Made by a program: the position numbers and the translations under genes. A DNA stretch of 64,000 bases from NCBI GenBank assembly GCA_964106915.2, contig OZ066918.1; one strand, 5' to 3'. Positions 25,476 through 38,921 of this stretch are shown here, piece after piece (position 1 is the first letter of the stretch; every line of letters starts with the position of its first letter). This stretch comes from Podarcis gaigeae (Eukaryota). The notes under the pieces are model-generated. The model worked only from the letters and a program-made list of their open reading frames with translations, searched no databases and was not told the DNA's origin.

Positions 25476-26663
25476 CCCCAGTCTCAAATGTGTGAAGTAA
25501 AACGTCACTGCCCTGGAACCCTTACATAATGTTTTCCCCTAATACCAAACCACTCACATTGGATGACACAGCTTGTAAGACTGGTTCCATTTGCATATTT
25601 GTATTTAACGCAGCATCTGACTCATTACTGCTGCTAAGTAAACATCCGGCCATTGTGGTTGTCTACAGATGCTCCACCCTCATGGAGTGATTTGTTGCCA
25701 GGTAAAGTGTGGCAGCATGGGATACGTAACTGGTTTAAGTTTGCCATGTTCAAATATTTTCTGAGAGCAGGAATGAGTGATACAAGACATCATCACATTA
25801 ATGTTGCAGTAAAAATGTAGTAAACTGATCAGAAATACTTCTGGGTTTCAGTATGTATAGACAGAACTACTGAGAGATTTGAGAGACACTTTGGATGTTC
25901 CAAGGAACTAGCAGTAAAGAATGCACAAGTTTCCCCTTTCTAGGTGCAGGTGTCCCCCCTTTTGTGTAATACCCAGCAGTGCTGTTTCCTCATATCATGT
26001 GAAATGGCCCTGATTTCCGCATGACACTTGGGAGCGTTACGTAAAAGACAGGAATGTCTCCTGTTAACTGCAGAGTCCCTATCCCTGAGAATACACAATT
26101 CAACCCAGAGAGAACATTCTCCACTAGCAAGACATCTGGTTCTCCAGCTCTTAAAACTTTCTTACGTTCTGGGAAAAGGCTTCCTTACTGAAGATTTTGC
26201 CTGCTTTCATTTTCTTCAACACTTGTCATGGGGAAAATTATACACAATAACTTGTGTGAATTTTGCTCTCCTCTCTACAAGAGATCATTTCTTAGCCCAT
26301 TAATCTCTCCTTCTAGGGATACCTAAATCATGCCTCATTTAGACAGGCTGCACTTCTGCTTAACCACCAGTCTCTGATCTAATCTCTTCGCCATTTTCCA
26401 TATACATTTTTCTATTCCCTCCCCCTTATGTTTAACACTTCCCTTGGGAGCTTGATGTTTCAATAAAAGGTGTGGTGTTTTACCTGCATGCAGCAATGAA
26501 CAAAGTATATTTGTTTTTCAGTGTTTTTAACATAGGGGTTGTGTGTTCATCAGCCTTCTTAAATGCTGGGAACAAAGGCTCCACTGCAATCCTGTGTACG
26601 CTTCCTTGGAAGTAAGCACTTTTGAACTCAGTGGGACTTGCTTCCAAGTCTGCCTAGGATTTA

Positions 26664-26905
26664 CCGTACTTTTCGCTCTAGAAGACGCACCTAGTTTTTG
26701 GAGGAGGAAAACAAGAAAAGAAATACTCTGAATCTCAGAAGCCAGAACAACAAGAGGAATCGCTGTGCAGCGAAAGCAGCAATCCCTCTTGCTGTTCTGG
26801 CTTCTGGGATAGCTGCACAGCCTGCATTCACTCCATAAGACACACACACATTTCCCCTTACTTTTTAGGAGGGAAAAAGTGAGTCCTATAGAGCAAAAAA
26901 TACGG
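26664..26905. mobile_element. Tc2/pogo-type MITE, 242 bp
   Basis: TA|CCGTACTTTTCGCTCTAGAAGAC ... GTCCTATAGAGCAAAAAATACGG|TA. Homologous to 46419-46858. Inserted at the end of a short palindromic repeat (26585-26663). Confidence 0.85.
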
Positions 26906-29179
26906 TAGCTGCATGATCTGAAGAGATATCTCCCCAAAAGTAAGATCAGGGGCAGAGAACTGCTTGGCTAATGAGGCAGAGCCAGGTAATAATCACATAA
27001 GCTAATAGTGAACTCAAGTTATCCATGTAGCAGTCTTTATGTAGCCAGAATGATATCATATATGCCCAAGAGAAAGATAGGAGACTTGAGGAAGTAAAAA
27101 AGAAGGCTTAAGGGTGGGGCAACTTCAAAGCAGCCCAATGAGGCCTGAGCATTGGCCACAGAACACTGGCTGACTGTTAGAGGGGACAGGTAAAAGAGAA
27201 GAATGGAATAGAAAGGCTAGAATCCTGAATGGCAGCACATCACACTGCAACATTTTGCTACTGGCCCCACTTGTGTATACCAATTAATGGGAAACACTGT
27301 TCTCCAAAGGCCATTACTTATGCAGCCAAAATGGCACCACCCACAAACAAGCATGCTTGGGATAAGCCCAAGATTTACGTACAAAATTCCAAAAAGCCTT
27401 GGGGTGGGGGGGAACCTAAATGGGCAAAACCTCCAAAGCAAGACAGTGAGAACTGAGCATGTTCGGTGGTCTTGGACTGCTGACTGTTGGGAATGAGAGG
27501 TGAAATGGAAGAAGGCCTGGCTGATGGGATGGAATACTCAAGAAAGACTCCAGACTGCCAACATTTTTGGTGCAGGACCCACTGGTTATGGTCTACTTGC
27601 CAGACATGGAAAGCTTCTGTAATTCACAAAACTATAATGCAAAGTCCTCAGATCATCCTGGACTACAGAAGAGAGCCTCAAGAATAGTGATGAGTGTGTG
27701 GACAAAGCACATTTATGGTAGCATATGGGTTATCAATGCTGCCCCAGTATTATGTCTAGTCCTCACACAATGTTACATCTAAAATAGAACACATGCACCT
27801 CCCTCTGTACCTCTGAGTCCCCCGTTGCAAACAAGTAGAAATGAAGGAGACACTTTCATGCAGAACTTCATCACCTTGGATGAAGAACTGCTTTCCATTA
27901 TACCAGGGCAGGGATAAGGAACAACTGGTGAGAATTGTTTGCATTTGTCTGCGCAATAAAGAAGCTTCTGTGAGGAAATTAAAAATTAAAAACCCACCCA
28001 TATTCTTCCTGAATTTTTCTCCTTCATTCTCTGGAGTAGCACAATAGTGTTCCATACAACTGCTTTAAAATGAATGGTTTCTTCTTGCCTAGTTATCTCA
28101 TGCTCCAGGCCATGTGCATAAAAATAAAATTTTCCTTAGAATAATACCTTTGATATGTTTGTTTTTTTTTAAGAAAATGTCAAAAGCCTTAAGTACTAGG
28201 TATGAAATTAAACATCTTTCATTAAAAAAAGAAAAGAGGGGGAAGAAGAATAACATGGGCATAGTTTTATTTCCACAATAATAAATGATAAAGATGTGAA
28301 GGAGCCTGTGAGTGTTTCAAATATAATAATGAAAAACTCAGAAGCATTCATTTCACACCATATGTTGGAATTACTTCATCACAACCTGCAAGGACAGCAC
28401 ATATAGAGGAGCTATATCTTGCCACTTCCTCAACAATATGCCTGAACCTTTACAGCAGTCAAATCTTGTTCGTAAGAAAATAAGTCAAACGCAGCCATTT
28501 AACTGAAGTGTTTAACATATGCTCTTAATAAAAGGCATTAGCAGTGCTAAAGTTCTGAACATAAATATATTTTTATTCTGCTTTTAACCTGTCTTCTCAC
28601 TTTGCCTATAATATTCAGCGTGCATTTATAATCAAAGACTGGAAATAAATCACATTTATTTCATTCCCCACTGACTTTTTATTCCTAGGTGTTCTAATCA
28701 GTTGCCTCACCTGAATAATAGATCTCTGCATTTAGACTGTTCTCCACACATCCCCTCCCCTCCCCTGCTTCCCAATCTATTATTTGGTTTCTGGAACACA
28801 ATGAACTGTCACCCATTTTAGTATCTTGACTTTAAAATCAATGAGAACTTGGAATGCTGTTTATTCCTTCTTTACACAATGAGATTCTGTATATTTCAGC
28901 TGGTGCAGTAATAGCTGAATTGGCTCAAACCATCCCAGCCTCCTGGGGCTTTAGTGAGGACTGCAAATAGATTGGCCTTCACTCCTATCTTCACCAGTGC
29001 CTATTATTACACCATTTTGTACCAGGTTCTTAAATTGGGGTGTCTGAATGCAGTGCTGTGTTTCGGAGGCCGTCGTAATGTATAAATGATTAATACAATA
29101 TTCCTATTGTAGTTTTATTCCTTGCAGGTAATCTTCTTAGAGTGGTTGTGTGGTATCTAAAAGTGAGAGTTGGGTGGTA

Positions 29180-29375
29180 GGGAGACCTTGGAGACCTGCC
29201 ACTGGGTCTCCTTGTTATTTAAATTACAGTTGTGGGGAATGTTACCTGCGTAAAGGCCATCCCTTCAGTGGCAGTGAAGCTCTGGGACTTCCTCGTGGGG
29301 AGATACATTCCAACCCTTTATAGTTGCCTTCAGCATTTTGCAAAGGCTGTGTTCCTCAACATGGCATTTGGGGTC
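29180..29375 (+). mobile_element. Decayed L2 ORF2 3' fragment
   Basis: Frameshifted translation ...FSGSEALG / KLWDFL / AFQHFAKAVFLNMAFG resembles AFSV..P.LWN.LP...F....KT.LF..AF. Confidence 0.45.
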
Positions 29376-29605
29376 ATCTGTGTTTGAGGCAACTTCTCCC
29401 CAAACTGATTTGTTGGGCTGTAATTGCCATACTAGGTATCAGGCTTGGAATGAAATTCTGAACATGCACAACCTTCATTCAGTTTAACCCTTCCTTCCTT
29501 GCCCATAATCCTGGCAAGAGAATCCTCCCATGATGGAGTTAGCCTTAGAAAAATAGAGCCACTGACACCAATGGGACACAAAGGGTAACTGTAGTATGAC
29601 AACAT

Positions 29606-29870
29606 CATAAGATCCCTGGTAGATTAAGCCAATTGGTCTTTAATACAACATTCTGTTCTCACAGTGAAGCCCACAAACAGATGAGTCCTACAGTGCTCTC
29701 CACACATGTGATTCCCAAGAACAGGCATTCAGTGGTATACTGCCTCTAATTGCAGTCATGGCTAGTAGCTATTGATATCCCTATCATTCATGAATTTGTC
29801 TAATCCTTTCAAAAGCCATCCAAGTTGGTGGCCGGCACTACATATTGTGGGAACATATCCCATAGTATAA
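29606..29870 (-). mobile_element. CR1 LINE 3' fragment
   Basis: tcatgaatttgtctaatcctttcaaaagccatccaagttggtggcc is the reverse complement of the CR1 ORF2 end (LDGFERIRQIH / ..FK..LD.FM). Followed by the CR1 3'UTR. Confidence 0.75.
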
Positions 29871-31257
29871 CAGGGGACCATGTTTGTTGGGATAGTGGCT
29901 GGCAAGCAAAGGCATAAATATTCCCTCCCTGCACTGTGCAGTCTCAGTGAAGATCACCTCCCCCAACATCTAGGATTTTTATTTCTTAAAAGTTATCCTG
30001 GTTGCTGCAAGATATGCAAGTAATGTACAGTAATGTATAGTTAGTCCCTTAGTATAAAAGTATTTGTATATAGTGATCTTTGTTGAATGTTACTCAGTTC
30101 TCTGGAATTTTGATGGGGACTGATGGGAGCTGGTGAAAACTGTACTAGAAATACACTGAGGGTTTCTTTCAAATACACACATAAGATTGCGTTGTTAATG
30201 CTATTCCACAAAAACACAGCGAATGAAGCACAATATAGTTTTTTTTCTACACATTTTAACAGTTAAATCTTGTCTCATGAAATTATGACTGGACATACAG
30301 GGTTTATGCTGAATATTCTCTTCTTGGCAGCTTTCTATAATTTCACTCATTTATGTAGCCAAAACATAACGCATTTATTTCCTGTGAACATAATTTTGCA
30401 TAATCTGATAATTAGAATATAATCTGATAACTGGGGCTTCATACTTTTGTGAAATGTACTGCATAATTATCAGAGAGATGTTATAATTGGTTTTTTGTTA
30501 AGTGAGATTTCAATTGTGGGGGGAAATATGTTGCATTATAGTTTTTAATTCACCGGAAGATATTAGGAAGTTATACAAGGGAAATGGCAATACTTAGAGC
30601 CTAGTAATCAGATCTTCAGGCCCACTGACATTACTGGTGCTAATTTCTGAATAATTATGATCTCTTCGTAGAATTGCTTTTATACCCTGTTCTGCAACAA
30701 TTCTGTCAATGTCCCAGCCACCTTGACTATAGAAGGAGAATTAAGTAAATTCAGCATTGCATACAGTGCTATCTCACATTAGCACGGTACTGGCTCAGTT
30801 ATAAAAACTACTCTGTTCAGATGTGCTCACCCTGTTACAACTATTCTGCAGAATAATGGACTGAGAGTAACCTGTTTCTCAAACTGTAGCTAGATTGGGA
30901 TCAACACACCCCTGGCTTGGAGACCTCCCTGCACTGTTTAAATCAATGCAGGACAGCAGCAAAGCCAAGGTATGGATGAGTGTGTAATCTGAACACAGGA
31001 TCATGGTTAAGGTCTCTCCACCTTAACCATATAAGAAAAACCTTGGCTACAGGTTGTAGTTAAGGAGGACAGACCTGCTCCTTAACCACAGATGATACTG
31101 TAAGTAGCTTAGATGTTGCGCTGACCTAAAAAGCATATGGAAGAGCAAAGCAGCTGCAATCTCTTCCTCAGGAGCCAGGATGTTTGCACAAAACCATATC
31201 TGGCTTAGCACTGTATGTGAACGCAACCATAGTAAGAAGTCAGTGGTAGGAGCTCTC

Positions 31258-31430
31258 TTAGGAAGCTACCTTTTACCATGTTAGATCATTGGTCCATATA
31301 GCTCAGTATTGTCTCCACTGACTGGCAGTGGGTCTCTAGGGGTCTCTTCCAGTCCTACCTGAATATGCCAAGGATTCAGCCCGAGACTTTCTGCATGCAA
31401 ACGTTCTACCGCTAAGCTATGGCTATTCCC
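31258..31430 (-). mobile_element. Squam2-like SINE, reverse orientation
   Basis: Reverse complement begins gggaatagccatagcttagcggtagaacg and ends ...gagctatatggaccaatgatctaac...ggtagcttccta. Confidence 0.75.
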
Positions 31431-33849
31431 TTCACCTTCATCTCTGACTTCTTGGTATTCCCTTCACTGCCCTGCAAATTCCTTGAGATAACTGAGACTT
31501 GAAACCAGAAGTGAAGCAAACAGAAGAGCTAGTGACTGACACTCCTAGTTGCACGTCTTAATGTGAGAATAGGCTTAACACAATTTAAGCATGTTGCTTA
31601 GAAGAATGGCTCTCAGCACCAACATATGTTCTGTGAAACCACCGGCTTTCTTCCAGACTCATGTCTTGGCCGTGAAACAGAACACATCTAATTATTCTCC
31701 AGTTGACATGCAAGAAATTGGATAAACGCCAACAGCAATGGACCCATCAAGTTGTATTGTACCATGCTGTTGTACCAAAAGGACAATTACTTCAGTGCTT
31801 TGATTTACAGAACACTTTTCATTATTTTTTTTAAAGGTTTGAATATATATCATTGATACCATTTCAATGGTTGATATTCAGATTCATTAAATTAAAATTA
31901 TAGAGCTCACTAAACATTACTTTATAGCTGTCCAAATTATGACACTGGGGGTGATAGCTTGACTGAATACTGGCAAGTTTTAATAATGTTATTATGGGTA
32001 GATTATAATTAGGGTTGTGTATAGTCAGTGCCAAAAAAGAATTCATGCTCATCAGTAGGAAACCCACATTCTATATGCACATTGCAAGGAAAATTAAGTA
32101 AATTTATTCCAAGTACAAACTTGGGTGTTTCTGATTATAGAGCAGACCTTGACTTTTTGACAAGAACTGATGTGATAAGATTGAAAAGAGGCATAAGAAA
32201 ATGGAGATTAGTGGACGACAATAATGAAAAACAAGTGAAAATGTGAAGGTGCTGTGAAGTTGGGAAAAGGCAGGAAAGTAGTGAAGGAATATAATTTTTA
32301 GAACTTTGAGGGCCAGGCTTGGAGCGACATGAAAAGTATATTTGCATTTAATGTACTCTTTTTTAAAAAAACAACTGATGGGGGCTGATAATTAGCAAGA
32401 TCGCAGCAGGGAGTGGGAATTTTATAGGTTTTTAAGTGTGATTTTCAGCAGGACCCAGTGCAAAGGAGAATTTGTATAATTATCATCCCACCGCCACCAG
32501 TGGTTGCTATCTGCAAATTTGAAAATGCATCTGTGTTGCATTTAACATCACACGTAGTTTGGCCTTAAGAACAGAGGTGGCAGGAGAATTACCTTAGATG
32601 GGAAGTACTACAAACTCTGGAAGTTATGCAGGAAGAATCTACTTTGGGGCATTGGTGGTAGTGCAGAGGGCTGTACTCATGCCTAGTTTGCATCTACATA
32701 TCCAAAACTTTTGGTCCACAGGCAAATATAGCTCTGCAGAAATGCCCTACTCACAAACAACTCCAAGCCTGAAGGTGTTTCTAGTCATCGTCACGCCTTG
32801 ATGGTGGAAGGAGCCACAATACTAAAATCCAAAGCAACTGGCATTATTGCAAAGTGACTGTTCAGTTTTATATATGAAATAATAAAAAAACCAGTCAGCC
32901 TAAGCTGCTGAGTTATTAAGCTAGCAAAAAGGGATTCCACAAATGCTTTTACTGTTCTGTTTTCTTCTTTGCCCTTCTTTATGCAGAAAAATAGTGCTAG
33001 CTGGAGGCAAATCAATTTTTTTAAGGTCACATTATGAGAATGGCATAATATCCAATAAAAATAGGAGGCATAAAGCTCTAAGAGTTTATTTGAATCAAAC
33101 AAATGAGTGACTGAAAAAGGAAGCTCATCCTTAGCTGGTGAGTACATCATACTGAAAGGCTGTTACCAGGACACATATTTTAAATTGATAAATCAATATC
33201 TGATGAGTTCTGCTCTCCAATGTTAAGCTGCTGCCAGAGAGAGGAGAGCAGGTGGCATCTTAGCACTGGCCACAAGATGTTGTAGATAGAACCATGAATG
33301 ACATGGAATTCACACTTTGAATCAGTCTGCTGTCTTTGGAAACATTCACAGCTACGCAAAGAGGAGAGAGGAATCAGCTTTGGCTGATTTGACGCACATA
33401 CCCTATCCAAGGCTCCCTGACCCAAATATCTGAACCTTAGCAAAGGTTTAAGCATTGGAATTGATCAAAAGAATGGGTTTGTGTGTCTAGCTTGTCAGTT
33501 TTGAACTATGCCCTACTTTCGAAGGTGCTTTTAGAAAAGCAGAACTTGCCAGATAGAACAGAAGTTTGCAAAAGACAGCGGAAAAGATTAATTACAATAT
33601 GAAAGTCCATCAAATGAAAAAAAAGGACAACAGTAGTGTTTTGGGGTGAGAAGCAAATGGCAACCAAGACTAGAAGATTACAGAGCAGGAATTTGTTAGC
33701 CAGAGAAGTAGCACAGAAAATTTATGTGACATGGGGGGAAAGATGGTAGTTGTGGGAAAAGGCATGCCACGGTTAGAAAGTTATTTGCTGACCCTGCACA
33801 GAGGGAGAGAGTCAAGGTTGATTAGCAGGAATAGTATAAAAACCCCTAT

Positions 33850-34050
33850 CTGCCTCACAGAGCTACAATTCCCAGAGTGGTCCCTCTTTCCAAGGGACTC
33901 TGGGAATTGTCATTCAGTGAAAGGAATAAGGGTGTCCTGACAACTCTCAGCACCCTGACAACTCTCAGTTCCCAGGATTCTTTAGGGGAATCCATGGCTG
34001 TTGAAAGTGGTATGATGCTGCTTTGAATGTATAGTTCAGATGGGGCCCAA
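33850..34050. mobile_element. Squamate non-autonomous DNA element (cacagagctacaattcccag family)
   Basis: Near-identical motifs to 52365-52530. Contains an internal duplication cctgacaactctcag x2. Confidence 0.65.
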
Positions 34051-37000
34051 GTCTCTCTTGACAGCTGCTTCCACCTCATTTACCTCCTTGGCAGCTGTAG
34101 CACCAGACCAGGCCCTCTCATGTCATTCTCCATTTCTGTTTCCCCAACCTCCCCCGAGCATCTAATAGAGAGCTTTGGCCAGCACACAATGTAAGGGTGG
34201 GAGCAGGCTGTGTCTGGATGCTGTTGAAAGGCAGAATAGAAGATGACACTTCTGACATCACTGAGCTTCCACCATGGGCTCTTTTGTACTCTGTTCTTCC
34301 TTTGCCTCTGCTTCAACAATAACTTCTACACAAGGAAAAGAAGGGTGAAATAGGTTTGAATTCAGTACGGTCAAGCATGTGTGTGGTGTGAGCATGTGCC
34401 AAAGCATAGAGGGGGTGAGGCCTCCCCAGGAGTGCCCTTGCACAACAACTAGCAATGTTAGGGAAGGGAGTGGCATTTTGGAGTGGTAGCCAGAAGGATG
34501 GGTGTGATCACTGGGGGCCAGCCCCTGCCTGGATGGTGTCCTCTTTTGCTAGGCTGAGAGGGGGCCCTTGCTTTGATCTCACCTTGATCCTGAAGCCACC
34601 AACACTGCCTGCCCCCAGCTTCTTCCCTGGCAGTTGTAGATTTCACCAGCTGCCCTACAAAGCACTTCCAGCCAGTAGGAATGATCGGCAGGGAAAGGCA
34701 GCAACTTGCTCTTTTATCTGGCAGTTTCCAGTCTGATCAGAGTGGATTCCCCACCCCCATCACTGTTTCCCTTTGAATCCTAGAAACAGACCTCTCAGAC
34801 CTTTTCCTTCCTGCCCAATCCAGGATCATGCCTGCTCATCTCAGCCCAGATGTCACAGGAGGTGTACTGTGTATATGGCTGATGGTGATACAAATGCCAC
34901 CTCCCCAAATTTGCCACACACACCCCAGCAGCTGCCCGGTTTGCCATTTAACAAATATATCACAGAGTGGCAGAAAAGGAGAGGGAGACTTGGGGGATTT
35001 TCCTACTATTGACTCTGTCTCCAGTTGAATTTTCCTGTGAGCTAGCCCTTCATAGAAAAAAAGATTCACCATTCCTGCTGTCAAACCAGAAATTTAAGAA
35101 TTGTTGTTTTAAGAAATAAATTTTAAAGGAAGTGTATTGCCTAATAATGTTGGTTTGATACATTTCCCCTTCATATTGCAGTTTTTTATTTACTTTCCTG
35201 CCCGTGAGTCATAGGGCACTTCTTTTACAGCCTCACTCTCAGGCTTATCACTGCAACCATAAGGACCCCAAATCCTCTCTCTCTTAAATAGAAATCTGAA
35301 GGTCTTACTATTTCAACATGAGTTAATGGATAAAAAAATAGTCGTATGGGCCATATGTTCTGTATCTCTTGGTTGGATACTCAGGGATTCTTGAAAATGT
35401 AGCTTTGAATGTATATCAGAAACTGCACTCATATTTTAATGGACTGGGGGAAAAAGTTAGAGGATTTCTTTATACAGCTGTACTAAGGTGCATGTCTAGC
35501 TAAAAGCAACAGCTCTACAATATCCAGGGTTTGTATGGGGGAGATTTTGTTATTTGTTTTATCTGTTTGTAGCAGCTTTTCCTTTTTCCAGCCACTTTTA
35601 ATACAGAGAGAATATTCAGGACATTTTGTGTTTAAAAGGACACTCTTATAGGTAAAAATGTAAAGGTAAAACAGTTATTTTATTTTTCACTTTATTGTTA
35701 ACAAGCAAACAAAAAAAAAAATCCGTTTTCCAGTATTTTAAAATGTAGTCTGCTTTTCTTTGATGTCCTGGAAACGAAAAGGAGGTGCATCAAAGCCCCA
35801 ACAGGTTGACTGTTAAGCAAGTCTGTTAAGCAAGTCTGGCGCCATGATGCTGCCAATTGAAATAATTTCATTAAGATAACTGAGAAAATATGATCTGAAT
35901 TGGGCAGAATATTTTTCAGACTGGTATGTAATTATGAAGCAATCGCATTGCCCAATCCTTACTTGAAAGCAAGTGCCACCTACCTAGTGCAAACAGGACT
36001 TACTCCCAAGAAAACCTGTAGACTATTACATTCTTAAGCAATTTGACCACAGATAATAGTCATGCTCTAACAGTGGATTTTCCTTACAGCTGATTCAGCA
36101 CCCAAGTAAAGGTCAGGCTTCTTTGTAGTGCAAGAGTGCAAGGCTGATTGCCTCCACAGCTTAAATAGCACAGCACCTCAGTTTTGTGGACTAGAATTGT
36201 TTTATGCTGAATTGAATCCTTATTTTAGCAGGCTCTGCTTCTGATATGCACTTTGCTTGTTTTCCCAGTTGAAAGTAATTTATATTGCAGCGTATTGTTG
36301 GATCGCTGGGCTAATAAGAAAACACTATTGACAAGTCTGATAGATGCAGCTTGTGTTTAGGAAGAACAAAAGAGTTAAACTGATTGCATTTTTACAGTCA
36401 AGTGCATTTTGCGCTTTATAGTTTGTGTCCTACTGTTAAGAAAACAGGTTGGATGAATAGTAAATCTCTGTAATCAAGAGAACAAAGGATTATGCAGTGG
36501 TGTTTTGCTATGAATATTTCAAGGAGATGGTTGGCTGGAGAATAGTTGGGGAAAGGAAAATACTTTCCTCCAGCCTTTTGTTGCAAGGCTTCCTAACAGG
36601 GTTGTCAACTTACTACTCAGCCACTGTAGCTGTGACTTTTAAGCACAGCTTGAGGTTCTTATCCCCATACTGCAAACATCTGCTGATTTCTGCACAGGAG
36701 GACACGGTCAAAGGCACAAAAGCCTACCATGCTGGACACACACACCCGCCCCAGTCAACTGGAAGTCCTACTATCTAGGGACATTGCCAAGAAGAATTTA
36801 CCCCCTCCAATTAAAAATGGGGGCGTACAGATTGATGACCATTGGCTAAAACAGGATTGGACATCCTTCTGGAGGATGTCCAGTGGTGGACCAGGTAAAG
36901 AGGTAAAGTCGGTGGAGCAAGGGATGTAATTCTAACCCTTGCATGGGAGGCTGCATTTCACCCACACAGAAGTCAGAGGATTCTATGCACACCCATTTCT

Positions 37001-38567
37001 CTCCACCCACCATAAGACAAGCAAGAGGCCTTGTCACAGTTCTTAAGGTACTCAAAGAGAGTGGGTCCTGGGGAGAGGAAGCATGACTTGGGGGGCGGGG
37101 ACTGTGGATTCCGCTCACAAAGTTACTATTTTGTTTCGAATGTATAAGAAGTAGGGTTTTAATCAAATTTAGTTTCAGTTGTTTGATGTTGTTTGATCAT
37201 ACTTGACAAATTATAAACAAAATTCAAAAGTCAGGTTTTGCTTTTTAATGTAACCACCCCCACAAAAAGACTTGGGGGGGGGGGTTGTAACTGAATTCCA
37301 CACTAGGAGATTCAATCAAAGCAATGGAGTCATTAGTTTTGTTGGAATCTGCATGTCACACTGTTAAGGGTTGTGGTGAAAAGTTCAGAAAGACAACTAG
37401 ATATATAAAAAAAGTAATTACACATTCTCTCTCTGAATTCTGTAGTAATGTATGGCTTCAAGGCAAAGTAGTGGCGCACTGGAAATCCCTATCCGTTTCA
37501 CCAGTGCTTATTCAATAATTACATTTCTGAATCTTTCATATTAACCATATTAATGTTATCATTGACATCTGTATTCCAATTGGAAGATACTTTGCAAAAC
37601 GTTGCCCAAATTACATTCAATTTTGCTAAATTTCAAACTTGAACATCAAAATTAGAAATCAAAATATAAATGTAGAAGTTAAAAGTTCTGTTTTTAACTG
37701 GGAAGATATAGTAATTCACCCTATATACAGTTCCATGCTCTTGAAATCCTGCTTTGAATTAATGCAACATTATCTCTTGATTTTCTCATCAGCACAGTAC
37801 ACTAGCTTAGTGTGCAAGCCATTATTAGAGACATTAATTTTTCTTGCACTAGAATTACACCAGTTTCTCTTTCTCCTGTAAGATTGGGGCAAAAAAGAAA
37901 GGATTTGTCCCTCAGGATATAATTACTGGGTATCATGTGCTCTGCACAGAATTTTATATATATTCTTTCCATTGCCTGTGATTTAGTGATACACTGCTAC
38001 TTTATAGTACAACAGTCTATGCCAGCTTTTCCATTATAACCCCTTTTTACAGGTTTATAACTCAGCAGTAAAATGTACTCTTCCAATTTGAAATTTGGCA
38101 TGTTACATCTCAGTCTGGAAGCTAACTCCCCACCCCCCACCCCACCCTGATTTTTTTTTGCTTTACAGAAGTAAAACAAGTGGGCATGTATCTTTATTTC
38201 CTCTAACTACAGAAGCTATACTTTACAGGAAAAAACAGTTTACTATTTTTTGCTGATGTTGTTATTATGATCCATTTTATCTCCTAAGCTGAAAAGTATC
38301 TGAAGACGGTTTTGCTGTGTAGCTTTGTTCCTGATGAAATTATCTGTTTTTGCTGTATACAGGTTGCACCTAATGTGCTTAGTTAAACAAAGGATGGCTG
38401 GTTTAATGACACCTTGATAGCTTTGCTAGAGTCTTTCCCCTTTTCATGGAGACCTAGGAAGGTAGCAGGGAAATGGTTCCATGTGCCAGGGTTGCAACAC
38501 ATCTGATAGAAAGTTTGTTTGCTATTTGAAATAGTGTTGTAATTAGCAGTGTTCTTTGGAGCAAACT

Positions 38568-38921
38568 GGGACGTGGGTGGCGCTGTGGGTTAAACCACAG
38601 AGCCTAGGGCTTGCTGATCAGAAGGTCGGCGGTTCGAATCCCCGCAACAAGGTCAGCTCCCATTACTCGGTCCCTGCTCCTGCCAACCTAGCAGTTCGAA
38701 AGCATGAAGTGCAAGCAGATAAATAGGTACCGCTCCGGCAGGAAGGTAAACAGCATTTCCGTGCACTACTCTGGTTCGCCAGAAGCTGCTTAGTCATGGT
38801 GGCCACATGACCCGGAAGCTGTATGCCGGCTCCCTCGGCCAATAAAGCAAGATGAGCGCCGCAACCCCAGAGTCATCCACGACTGGACCTAATGGTCAGG
38901 GGTCCCTTTACCTTTACCTTT
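38568..38921 (+). mobile_element. Full-length Sauria SINE (Squam1) with target-site duplication
   Basis: GGGACGTGGGTGGCGCTGTGGGTTAAACC head, B-box GGTTCGAATCC, and (ACCTTT)n tail. Perfect 14-bp flanking direct repeat CTTTGGAGCAAACT at 38554-38567 and 38918-38931. Confidence 0.95.

Noticed and set aside
38568-38645. tRNA genes at SINE heads (also 12958, 15108, 57461)
   Set aside because: The A/B boxes belong to tRNA-derived SINEs with family-specific bodies and tails. There is no intact cloverleaf.
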